Source: an uncultured Sulfolobales archaeon (GTDB lineage Archaea > Thermoproteota > Thermoprotei_A > Sulfolobales > NBVN01). From it: a stretch of 64,000 bases of DNA. The translations under genes were made by a program, and so were the position numbers. The stretch is taken from assembly GCA_938083005.1 (NCBI GenBank), contig CALKCU010000015.1:3407-67406 (forward strand). Reading direction: 5' to 3'. This document shows, in pieces, positions 1 to 7,984 of the stretch (the stretch's first letter is position 1; each line of letters begins with the position of its first letter). The notes under the pieces are model-generated. The model was not told where the DNA came from. It did no database searches and saw only the letters and a list, made by a program, of their open reading frames with translations.

Positions 1-324
1 GGAAGCGAGACGCCGTTCCACCTTCTGAGATTCTACCCGCACTACAAGCTCAGCTACCTACCCCCTACGGACGTAGCCACCCTCGAGAAGCTCGCTCGAG
101 TAGCGGTGGAGGAGGGCCTGAAGCATGTGTACATAGGCAACGTCCCGGGGCATAGGCTCGAGCACACCTACTGCCCTAAGTGCGGACACTTAGCCGTGAG
201 GAGGTATGGGTTCTACATAACCGAGTGGAACCTAAAGCCCGGAAACACCTGCCCCGAGTGCGGGTACAGGCTCAATATAGTTGGCGAGTTCAAAGGCAAC
301 AGAGCGTACAGCTACTTCTGGTGA
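1..324 (+). CDS. Radical SAM activase (AmmeMemoRadiSam/PflA-like), C-terminal fragment; 5' end lies outside the window
   Basis: Frame 1 is open from base 1 (GSETPFHLLRFYPHYKLSYLPPT...HVYIGNVPGH). It ends in a CPKCG...CPECG zinc ribbon, a pattern typical of the C-terminus of this radical SAM family. Confidence 0.6.
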   Translation, partial: GSETPFHLLRFYPHYKLSYLPPTDVATLEKLARVAVEEGLKHVYIGNVPGHRLEHTYCPKCGHLAVRRYGFYITEWNLKPGNTCPECGYRLNIVGEFKGNRAYSYFW

Positions 325-397
325 CCGAGGCTAACGCTACTACGAGGCCTCAGTGCGCATCTTTTTGGGCTCCACAGCTCATCTTGGGTAGAAAGCG

Positions 398-958
398 TTG
401 AAGGCGTTCGTGGTATCGGACACTCACGACAGATTGGACACCCTCAGGAGGTTCCTCGATATCCTAAGGTCCGCGATCGGGCCGGTGTACCTCGTTCACC
501 TCGGCGATGTAGTGTCTCCATTCACTCTGAGGTACATAGTCGAGTCTCTCCCCAAAAGCGTGACCCTCAAGGTCGTCCTCGGGAATAACGATGGTGACAA
601 GGTCCTCCTGAGCAGGATCGCGGAGGTGGCGGACCAGCCCGAGGAGCTAGAGCTCTGCGGGATGAGAGCGATAGCGTTCCACGGGTTTAAGTCTCCCGAG
701 CTCACCGAGAGGGTCGTCAGCGGGATAGCGTGTGGAGGTCGCTACGACGTCGTCATGTACGGGCATACGCACAGGTTCAGGCTGGAGAAGCTGTGCTCGA
801 GCTATCTGCTCAACCCGGGGACTCTCTCGGGCTACCTAGCGGAGAGAGCTACGTTCGCCCTCGTAGACTGCGAGACGCTCAGGGCGTCCATAATCGACCT
901 GGACACCGGGATGGAGGTCCTCAGCTCCCGGATCGCAGTAGAGCCGTGGGAGAGATAA
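398..958 (+). CDS. Metallophosphoesterase, MJ0936/YfcE-type phosphodiesterase
   Basis: 186 aa with a TTG start. Motifs VVSDTHD, GDVVSP, GNNDGD and GHTH match the calcineurin-like phosphoesterase signature. Confidence 0.85.
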   Translation: MKAFVVSDTHDRLDTLRRFLDILRSAIGPVYLVHLGDVVSPFTLRYIVESLPKSVTLKVVLGNNDGDKVLLSRIAEVADQPEELELCGMRAIAFHGFKSPELTERVVSGIACGGRYDVVMYGHTHRFRLEKLCSSYLLNPGTLSGYLAERATFALVDCETLRASIIDLDTGMEVLSSRIAVEPWER

Positions 959-1034
959 CGCCGGGTCGTCCAGAGGTCGGGAGACAAAAGCCTTCCTAGG
1001 AGCGTCAACGCCTCTCCGGCGATGCTCCCGCCGT

Positions 1035-2084
1035 TCAGTAGACGCTTTTTACGACCCCCAAGTACCCGTCGGTCTTCGATATCGACGCCCTGGCCTCCTT
1101 CTCGAGCTCCGTCAGCGCTCTTATAGCGTCTACGTTCTCGGGGATCACGTTCGACTCGTTGGGAGTGGCCCATATCAGATACACCTCTCCCCCATCTCGC
1201 GAGACCGAGATGCTCTCCCTCCACACCGGTACCTCGTAGAGATCTCCGCGCGGCCTCCCGAGGTCCCTCGACAGCTCGAAGATGGCGTTGAGCCCGTCAA
1301 TGCCGTCCTCACCGCTTACGAAAATGACCCTGGGCTCCTCCTCGACGACTCTCACCACGTCCTCGAGCGTGACCCTGCTTCTCGTCTCGATCATGGCCAT
1401 GTGCAGGTGGTAGAGGTTGTGGCTGCCCTTAGCTGCCATGGTCACTATGTCTAGATCCTTTATCACGGTCTGCGCGTCGGGCCCGTGGTGCGACGGCACT
1501 CTGAGCTCCGGAACTACCGTGTTCATGATACCCGTCCTGCTAGACTCCCACACGTCGACGGCTCTCCTGAATATGACTACTCTCGCTCTCCTCACACCGA
1601 TCTTCTCGTGTATCGCCCCTACGACTCTGCATATGGCGGTAGTGTTGCAGCTCACCACTCTAACGAACTGCTTCCCCAGGGCCTCGCCATAGTTCCTCTG
1701 AGCGACGAACGATACGCCCGCGACTTCGTGCTTCTCGCCCCCCTGGAAAACGGCCTTGACACCGTACCTCTCGTATAGCCCCCTGTTCTTAGCACCCACT
1801 CCGGCCGGAGCGCAGTCCACCACAACGTCCACATCACCACTCCTCAGGAGCTCTTCCAGCGTGCCCTCCACCCTCAGCCCCCTCTTCGCCATCTCGGCGG
1901 CCCTCTCGGGGACCGAGGCGTATACCGGGAACCCCCTGACTGCCGCTAGCTTTACCCTCCAGTCGGCGACCACGTCGGCTACCCCCACTAACCTCATGTC
2001 GGGCTGCCGGAGGACGGCGTCGGCTACCCTCTTACCTATAACGCCGTACCCGTTGACCAGAACCCCGATATTTGTTTTAACCAA
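1035..2084 (-). CDS. gap: Glyceraldehyde-3-phosphate dehydrogenase, archaeal type II
   Basis: 349 aa. It has an N-terminal GYGVIGKRVADA Rossmann motif and a VSCNTT catalytic Cys motif. Length and layout are typical of archaeal GAPDH. Confidence 0.9.
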   Translation of the reverse strand: MVKTNIGVLVNGYGVIGKRVADAVLRQPDMRLVGVADVVADWRVKLAAVRGFPVYASVPERAAEMAKRGLRVEGTLEELLRSGDVDVVVDCAPAGVGAKNRGLYERYGVKAVFQGGEKHEVAGVSFVAQRNYGEALGKQFVRVVSCNTTAICRVVGAIHEKIGVRRARVVIFRRAVDVWESSRTGIMNTVVPELRVPSHHGPDAQTVIKDLDIVTMAAKGSHNLYHLHMAMIETRSRVTLEDVVRVVEEEPRVIFVSGEDGIDGLNAIFELSRDLGRPRGDLYEVPVWRESISVSRDGGEVYLIWATPNESNVIPENVDAIRALTELEKEARASISKTDGYLGVVKSVY

Positions 2085-2142
2085 GCGGTACCACCGAGCT
2101 ACGCTCTCAGAGCTGCTCGTATTTATTCACGCCCCATACTAC

Positions 2143-3933
2143 ATGAGCGGTGTCCGCTTGAGGATAGACGAGATAGCCAAGCTGATAAATGAGGTGGTCT
2201 CGGTCCCCAGGTACCACCTGGTGGGGCTGACGAGGAGCGGGCACGTGGTGCTCGGTTCCACTGCGGAGGGGGTCTACAAGCTCTACATCGTCGAGCCGGA
2301 GACGCGAGAGCTGCGTAGGCTGCTCGACGAACCCGTCTATCCGATAGTGAGAACTTCCAGAAGTACCGACATCGTCGTGTATACCGTCGATAAGAGCGGG
2401 GGATACGAGAGAGTCGCGGTCTACGGCATAGACGCCAAGACCGGAGAGAGGCTCAGCCTGTCGGAGAACGTTGAGCCGCACAGGATAACGGGCCTGGCTT
2501 ACGACGGTGCGAGGGTCGCGTGGTCCGGCTCCCTCGGGCCGAGGGCGTTCGTGTACGTGTCCGAGGTCTCTAAAGCCGGGCTGGCGGAGCTCGTAGCCGA
2601 GGTCAAGGGGAGGGAATACGTTTCAGACGTTAACGAAAAGTACGTGGTCGGGTGGGGACACCTCAGGGACGATCCCTTCAGTGCGGAGCTGTTCGTCCTA
2701 GACATGGACTCTCGCCAGGTGAGCGTGTTCACGCCCAGGGAGGGCAGCGTCAACCGCGAACCTAAGCTCCTCGGGTCTAAGGTGCTGTTTGAGAGCAACT
2801 ACGAGGACCTAGACACGTTCAAGCTCTACGTCTACGACTTGGAGACGCACGAGCTTCGGAGACCGAGGACTAGTTGCGAGCACGTGGACGAGTTCGACCC
2901 GGTGGAGTTCGTGGACTTCGGCTGGACCTCCGACGGGAGGGTCTGGGCGATAGGGAAGAGGCGCGGGAACTCTAGGCTGTTCGTGGATGGTTGCGAGGTT
3001 AGGACTCCCGAGGGCATGATCTTGAACGCCGAGGTGGGCGGCGATAGCGTCTACGTGACTCACACATCGTTTAGGGAGCCGGCCAGGATACTCAGGATAG
3101 ACCTCGCCACATCGGAGCACCAGGTGGTCGTCGGAGCGGAGCTCCCCCGTGAGCTCTCGGAGGCGCTGAGTGAGGTGGTATTCGTAGAGGTCGAGTCGGA
3201 GGGCGGCGTAAGGGTCCCGACCTTCGTCTTAGTGAGCTCTAGGAGCCCTAGGCCCGGACCGACCGTCGTCTACCCGCACGGTGGTCCCTGGGCTGAGGTG
3301 TCGAACTCCTGGTCTCCCCTGCTCTCACTGCTGGTAGCGCTGGGCTACCACGTGGTGGCGCCGAACTTCAGGGGCTCGACCGGTTACGGTGAGAAGTTCC
3401 GAAAGCTCGACCTCGGCGACCCGGGTGGCGGGGACCTCGCCGACGTGGTGAGCGCGGCCAAGTGGTCTGCGAAGAGCGGCATAGCCGACGATAGGAAGCT
3501 GGCCATATTCGGCTACAGCTATGGAGGGTACTTGAGCTTCATGGCCATGGTGAAGTACGCGGAGCTTTGGAAGTGCGGGGTGGCTGGTGCTGGCGTGACC
3601 GACTGGGAGGAGGATTACGAGCTGGCCGACGCGTACTTCAAGAGGTACGACGAGATACTCTTCGCCGGCAGGAGAGAGCTCTTCAAGGAGAGATCCCCGA
3701 TAACCTATATAGAGAACATGAGGTCGCCTCTGTGCATTATTCACCCCCAGAACGACTCCAGGTGCCCTCTGAGGCCCGTAATGAGGTTCGCGTACAGGCT
3801 GATGGAGCTCGGAAAGCCGTTCGAGCTCCACGTTATACCAGACATCGGTCACGCCATAACCCTCGACTCTCGCGCCATGGAGAAGTACCTGCTGTACTCG
3901 GTCCTCTTTCTGGACCCCTGCCTATCCGGGTAA
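2143..3933 (+). CDS. S9 family serine peptidase (acylaminoacyl-peptidase-like)
   Basis: The track ORF starts at 1756, but its first 129 codons are antisense to gap. ATG 2143 (MSGVRLRIDE) is the first credible start. The C-terminal hydrolase has a GYSYGGY nucleophile elbow, HPQNDSRCP and DIGHAI. It is strongly similar to my recollection of A. pernix acylaminoacyl peptidase. Confidence 0.85.
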   Translation: MSGVRLRIDEIAKLINEVVSVPRYHLVGLTRSGHVVLGSTAEGVYKLYIVEPETRELRRLLDEPVYPIVRTSRSTDIVVYTVDKSGGYERVAVYGIDAKTGERLSLSENVEPHRITGLAYDGARVAWSGSLGPRAFVYVSEVSKAGLAELVAEVKGREYVSDVNEKYVVGWGHLRDDPFSAELFVLDMDSRQVSVFTPREGSVNREPKLLGSKVLFESNYEDLDTFKLYVYDLETHELRRPRTSCEHVDEFDPVEFVDFGWTSDGRVWAIGKRRGNSRLFVDGCEVRTPEGMILNAEVGGDSVYVTHTSFREPARILRIDLATSEHQVVVGAELPRELSEALSEVVFVEVESEGGVRVPTFVLVSSRSPRPGPTVVYPHGGPWAEVSNSWSPLLSLLVALGYHVVAPNFRGSTGYGEKFRKLDLGDPGGGDLADVVSAAKWSAKSGIADDRKLAIFGYSYGGYLSFMAMVKYAELWKCGVAGAGVTDWEEDYELADAYFKRYDEILFAGRRELFKERSPITYIENMRSPLCIIHPQNDSRCPLRPVMRFAYRLMELGKPFELHVIPDIGHAITLDSRAMEKYLLYSVLFLDPCLSG

Positions 3934-3977
3934 CACCTCGCCGGGAACCGGTCGGGCTGCCCGATTAGGTTTGCCGC

Positions 3978-3987
3978 TTTAAAATAA
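3978..3987 (+). promoter_or_regulatory. Box-A/TATA element (TTTAAAATAA) for the 4019 gene
   Basis: A/T-rich box in GC-rich surroundings, about 32-41 nt upstream of ATG 4019. A GGTGGAGGTG Shine-Dalgarno (SD)-like run lies at 4004-4013. Confidence 0.45.
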
Positions 3988-4018
3988 GCTGCCCTTGAAG
4001 AGAGGTGGAGGTGTAGAG

Positions 4019-4426
4019 ATGGCCGAGAACATCTCGGAGACGCTGAGGTACTTGGTCATCAAGGTGCTGGCCGGGGACTTCGTTACACTCCACTCTCTCA
4101 AGGAGTATCTGATCGACGGGGAGTCTCCCTCCGCCCTGAGCTACAAGTACAAGGTGGGCAAGTTCAAGCTGAGGGGATACATACAGAGAGTACTCGAGAA
4201 GGCGGGCAATTATAGGGTAGCCCAGTACATCGTTAAGACTTCCTACGCCTACCTCAGCAGCCTGACCCCGGTGGTGGTCAAGGTCCCCGGGGGCTACTAC
4301 TGCACCGCGTGCGAGAAGCCCGTCGCTATGAACCCTGAGAGGCACATCAGGCTAGAGCATAAGGACCTCGTTAACAGGATCATTGCCGAGTGCGTGCGGG
4401 TCGTCGTTAAGAGGAGCGAGCCGTAG
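4019..4426 (+). CDS. Hypothetical protein with C-terminal C2H2-type zinc-finger motif
   Basis: The track ORF starts at 3995, but the SD-like GGAGGTG precedes ATG 4019 (MAENISETL). It carries the motif YYCTACEKPVAMNPERHIRLEH (C-x2-C-x10-H-x4-H). I recognise no family. Confidence 0.5.
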   Translation: MAENISETLRYLVIKVLAGDFVTLHSLKEYLIDGESPSALSYKYKVGKFKLRGYIQRVLEKAGNYRVAQYIVKTSYAYLSSLTPVVVKVPGGYYCTACEKPVAMNPERHIRLEHKDLVNRIIAECVRVVVKRSEP

Positions 4427-4434
4427 GGAGGGTC

Positions 4435-5127
4435 ATGGCGTTCCTAGACTTCCTCGGTGCAGCGCTTAGCATCTCGGCGAGGAGGAGGGTCCTGCTAGAG
4501 AGAATCAGGAGGGTCCTGGGCTCGTGTAAGAAGCGGGAGGAGTGCGTCGTGAGGGTGTTCAAGATCCTCCTGGACTTCATAGAGAAGAACCCGGAGGAGA
4601 ATACCAGGATAGCCGTTAGCGTGGCCGACTCCCTCCCTGCGGAATACGGCGTCAGCGTAGTGAGGCTCGTGGAGGCCCTCCGAACCCAGGAGACCCACCC
4701 CGGCTACCATGGCGCTGGGGACAGGGTCCTCCAGGATAGCACCGTGGGTAGGATACTCTCCGGAGACGTGGGATGCTCAAACCTCGAGGACGCGGTCTAC
4801 CTAGCCGAGGAGTCGAAGGACTTCGTCGCCATAGCGCTAACACTAGCCGTGCTGGAGAAAGCCGGTGAGATGAGGAGTTGCGAGCGTGATCTAGCGCGCA
4901 GCCTGCTATCCCTCGTAAGGATACTTTACGAGCGTGGCAACAGGGATCTACTCGCTTCGATACTAAACAAGTACTCCGTCAGAATATACGTACACAAGAG
5001 CGGGGATGAGATAAAGAGCGCCAGAGTGACTATAGGTAGCAAGATGTCTATAGACCTGACCGAGATCGTGAGTCTCGTGTATTCTGACCTCAACGCAATC
5101 ATGTCCTTGGGGGAGACGGGGGGCTAG
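4435..5127 (+). CDS. Hypothetical protein
   Basis: 230 aa ORF lying 8 nt after the preceding gene. Third codon positions look GC-rich. No recognisable domain. Confidence 0.45.
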   Translation: MAFLDFLGAALSISARRRVLLERIRRVLGSCKKREECVVRVFKILLDFIEKNPEENTRIAVSVADSLPAEYGVSVVRLVEALRTQETHPGYHGAGDRVLQDSTVGRILSGDVGCSNLEDAVYLAEESKDFVAIALTLAVLEKAGEMRSCERDLARSLLSLVRILYERGNRDLLASILNKYSVRIYVHKSGDEIKSARVTIGSKMSIDLTEIVSLVYSDLNAIMSLGETGG

Positions 5128-5183
5128 CGCGAGACCCGCGCTCGAGAACGGGGGCGTTCCGCGCGGACGTCTACAAAAGTAGG

Positions 5184-5203
5184 GAAAATAAGAAATAAAA
5201 ACC
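5184..5203 (+). promoter_or_regulatory. A/T-rich promoter region (GAAAATAAGAAATAAAAACC)
   Basis: This is the most A/T-rich stretch of the 5' half of the window, 27-46 nt upstream of GTG 5230. It is consistent with a leaderless transcript. Confidence 0.45.
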
Positions 5204-5229
5204 CCAGCACACAGGGCTCGGGGGCTGAC

Positions 5230-5442
5230 GTGGAGACAGACGTTTTAGTGTCCGTCAGACTTCCCAGGAGCGTTGTAGAGCTTATAGATCACCTCGTGAA
5301 GGCGGGCATCGTTAGCTGCCGCAGCGAGGCGCTGAGGCTGGCGGTAGCGCTCAAGCTGAAGAGCTTGGGCTACGACGTGGAGCCCAGGAAGCTAGACGAG
5401 ATCCTGAGCAGGCTTAAGAGCCCGAGAGGGCTAGGCGAGTGA
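5230..5442 (+). CDS. Ribbon-helix-helix (CopG/Arc/MetJ-like) DNA-binding protein
   Basis: 70 aa with a GTG start. It has an N-terminal beta strand (VLVSVRLPRSVVELID) followed by two helices (CRSEALRLAVALKL), the typical RHH layout. Confidence 0.65.
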   Translation: METDVLVSVRLPRSVVELIDHLVKAGIVSCRSEALRLAVALKLKSLGYDVEPRKLDEILSRLKSPRGLGE

Positions 5443-5780
5443 GCTACTGGGAGCCCAGGTGGGTGAGGAGGGAGATAAAGTCTCACGGAATCTCCATAAT
5501 CACGTGCTACGACACCACCACGTCGCTGATCATCTGCCCGATCTGTAGCACTATAGCAGTCGATGAGCTTTGCCCCGAGAACCGCGAGGGCGGTATCCCG
5601 GTGGCGGACGCGCCCCTCTTCGCGTCTCCGGAGGACCTGATAAACCACCTAAGGACCCATTGGCATGCCAAAAGGTATAAGAAGATAAACGTCCCCACTG
5701 CACGGGGGACCGGTGAGGAGAGCGAGGAGGGCGCTCTTAGGAAATTCGTTGACAGCAAACGTTCTGGCAAGAGAGGGTGA
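5439..5780 (+). CDS. Small zinc-binding protein with basic C-terminal tail (hypothetical)
   Basis: 113 aa that overlaps the RHH gene by 4 nt (GTGA). Motifs are CPIC ... SPEDLINHLRTHWH, followed by a K/R/E-rich tail. Confidence 0.45.
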   Translation: MSYWEPRWVRREIKSHGISIITCYDTTTSLIICPICSTIAVDELCPENREGGIPVADAPLFASPEDLINHLRTHWHAKRYKKINVPTARGTGEESEEGALRKFVDSKRSGKRG

Positions 5781-5781
5781 C

Positions 5782-6603
5782 GTGATAATAGACTTCTGGG
5801 AGGGCGGGAGCGACCTCTACGGGTGGAGCTTGGGCTCCGAGTGTGTGGATAGAGTCCCGATATTCCTGCGAGGGGACTGTTGCCCGCTCTTTTCCGGCTC
5901 GCTGAGGGAGGTCGACGTGGAGGTCGCGGTAGAGGGCCCGGAGTCCGGTGTCGCCAGGAAGCTTGGCGACGTGAGTACCTCCGTCGTAGGCTATAGCGGG
6001 AGGCTATTCGTCCCGGAGCGCCCCGCCTGCGCGTACTACAGAGAGCTGCTCAGGAGGTCTAGAGCGGCTAAGATCTTTTCCCCCATCACTGGAATAGATC
6101 TTGAGGCTAGGATCGTGAGGACCTACCACTGCGACGTGGAGTACGAGGAGCTCGTGAACACGCTGCCCCTCCACTACTTTCTGACCAAGAGCCGGCTGAG
6201 CGGGCTGAGCGAGCACCTAGACTACGTACCCGCGTACGCGCTTACTCTAGTGTCCGGGACCCCTCTGAAGGACTACACCAAGGTGTTCGTGGGACACAGG
6301 GGCTACTCCGTGGGCTACGTCGTGAGCTACGGCGGCTATGCTGCTGGCAAGCTTGTTTACGCCATCGTACCCCTCGTCGAGAAGTCCCTTAGAGCTGAGA
6401 TCGAGAGCAGGACAGTAGCGGAGCTCAAGAGGCTTAAGCTCGTCGAGGGTCCCGTAAAGCTCGCTAGGTCCTTCTTCATCAAGTACTTCATAATGAGGGG
6501 GGATGTCGAGGAGATACGCAAGACCCTCCAGAGCCGCGGTGTTGTCCTGGCTGGGAAATACGGGACCTGGTCGGAAGCTTCTCTCTGCGATATATGTCAG
6601 TAG
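5782..6603 (+). CDS. Hypothetical protein (weak resemblance to the C-terminal half of FAD-dependent amine-oxidase/mutase-type proteins)
   Basis: The track ORF starts at 5713, inside the previous gene. GTG 5782 directly follows that gene's stop. The ending ...VVLAGKYGTWSE is reminiscent of the GR.g.w.Y tail of the FAD oxidoreductase fold. No GxGxxG motif is present. Confidence 0.4.
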   Translation: MIIDFWEGGSDLYGWSLGSECVDRVPIFLRGDCCPLFSGSLREVDVEVAVEGPESGVARKLGDVSTSVVGYSGRLFVPERPACAYYRELLRRSRAAKIFSPITGIDLEARIVRTYHCDVEYEELVNTLPLHYFLTKSRLSGLSEHLDYVPAYALTLVSGTPLKDYTKVFVGHRGYSVGYVVSYGGYAAGKLVYAIVPLVEKSLRAEIESRTVAELKRLKLVEGPVKLARSFFIKYFIMRGDVEEIRKTLQSRGVVLAGKYGTWSEASLCDICQ

Positions 6604-6920
6604 TAGGCGAAGGCAGCGTCGGCTACGAGGGGATCCTCTAGAGAGGCCAGGAGGTCGGGATCTCCGTCGTCACCGCCATCCGAGTACATGGCTATCGAGA
6701 GTATGAGGTCTTCGAGCTCGGCAGTGCTCGGAGGGCTCTTTACGACCACCCTCACTCCGTTGATCGATATGTAAGGGAGCGCCGAGTTTACCGCGACGGG
6801 TATCACGTAAACCTCGAGCCCGTACTTCCTGAAGATCTTCTGGGCAGCCTCCCACGCTATCCTAACGAGGTCTTCCGATACCTCGTCGTTGACCACCCCC
6901 ACGACCACGTCTACCGCCAT
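6597..6920 (-). CDS. Hypothetical acidic protein
   Basis: 107 aa. A CTTTTAAGG box (minus strand, 6952-6960) lies about 32-40 nt upstream of its ATG. The gene is convergent with the 5782 gene and overlaps it by 7 nt. Confidence 0.4.
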   Translation of the reverse strand: MAVDVVVGVVNDEVSEDLVRIAWEAAQKIFRKYGLEVYVIPVAVNSALPYISINGVRVVVKSPPSTAELEDLILSIAMYSDGGDDGDPDLLASLEDPLVADAAFAYY

Positions 6921-7118
6921 GAATTACCCGGAAACTCTACTGAGGAGGGTTGCCTTAAAAGACTTGGGGCCCAACTCCCGAGGTGCGTGCGGACCCCCTC
7001 CCTCTGCATGATAGCGCTTCAGCACCCCGGCACGCGCACGGCGGTGCGGCTACCACAACCTCAGGCCCGGAGGGGAAATGAACCGGCTCCTCTGAGAGGG
7101 CGTGCGCGTCGCTTTACC

Positions 7119-7781
7119 CTACGTGACGGCTTCGACCAGACAGTCTATAACCGCACCGGGGAACAGCGACCTCAGCCGCCTCACCTCGTCCGAGTAGAGC
7201 ACGGAGAACGCGTACCTGACGTTCGCGTTCCTACTCTCGGCTTTGGCCCTCGCGAGCGTTTCGATCGCATCCTCGTCGACCATCACGAGTACCACGGCAG
7301 AGTTCCCCAGGTTTCTAGTCCTAGAGCCGCCCCTCATGACGTGTATGTTGAGTAGCGAGGACTTTAGCCTGTGGGAGATGTGCGAGGCTATGAGCATAGT
7401 CTCGCTCGATGTTATCACGGTCTCGACGCGACTCCCGTGGAACACCTCCACGAGCCTCTCGAGTATGGAGAGGGCCACGAGCTTCGTGAATGCTACGTCC
7501 ATTAGCAGGTCTACCAAGCTCTCGCTCTTCAGGTACTCCACTACAGCCCTTCTAACGAGGTTCATGTCGGTCAGAAGCTTAACCAGGCGTAGGCATCTGC
7601 CGACCCGCGGTCTAAGCCTCCCGTTCGCGTACTTGCTCAGGTGGGCGTCCGGCACACCGAGGATCCGGCTCAGGGAGGAGAGCCTGAAGAACTTCCTGTA
7701 CGCCGAGAGTGCATCGACAAGGTCCACGTAGAGCAGGGACTCCGCGTACCTGCGCGATAGCATACTGTATATCTCGCTCAT
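7119..7781 (-). CDS. HTH domain protein with degenerate phosphoribosyltransferase-like C-terminal domain (paralog of the 51889 gene)
   Basis: 220 aa. The N-terminal HTH (LSSLSRILGVPDAHLSKYANG) aligns with the HTH of the 51889..52533 protein. The C-terminal VVLVMVDEDAIET sits where the PRPP loop should be but lacks the TG.T motif. Confidence 0.5.
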   Translation of the reverse strand: MSEIYSMLSRRYAESLLYVDLVDALSAYRKFFRLSSLSRILGVPDAHLSKYANGRLRPRVGRCLRLVKLLTDMNLVRRAVVEYLKSESLVDLLMDVAFTKLVALSILERLVEVFHGSRVETVITSSETMLIASHISHRLKSSLLNIHVMRGGSRTRNLGNSAVVLVMVDEDAIETLARAKAESRNANVRYAFSVLYSDEVRRLRSLFPGAVIDCLVEAVT

Positions 7782-7984
7782 AGCCGTTCTACGTTACTCG
7801 GAGTTTCGGCGTTAATCTACTTTCCGCGAGCTTGCTCCGAGAGGATCGAGGAGAACCGAGGACTACTTAGAAAGAGGGGTTGCGGCCTCCGGGGCAGTAG
7901 CCGGGCATTCGCTATCCGGGGACTCCCGTCCGCGAGAGCGAGTCCCCACCCATAGATCTCTCCCAGGCTCGGAAACCGGGAGGG

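Noticed and set aside
1756-2142. N-terminal 129 codons of the 725-aa ORF upstream of the S9 peptidase
   Set aside because: This part is antisense to the gap gene and translates to Ser/Thr/Pro-rich low-complexity sequence. The peptidase homology begins after ATG 2143.
6921-7118. ATGATAG ... AATGAAC ... CTGA in the 6.9-7.1 kb spacer, checked as a C/D box sRNA
   Set aside because: The boxes are degenerate and the guide lengths are wrong (8 nt). The A/T box at 6952-6960 is better explained as the promoter of the 6920 gene.
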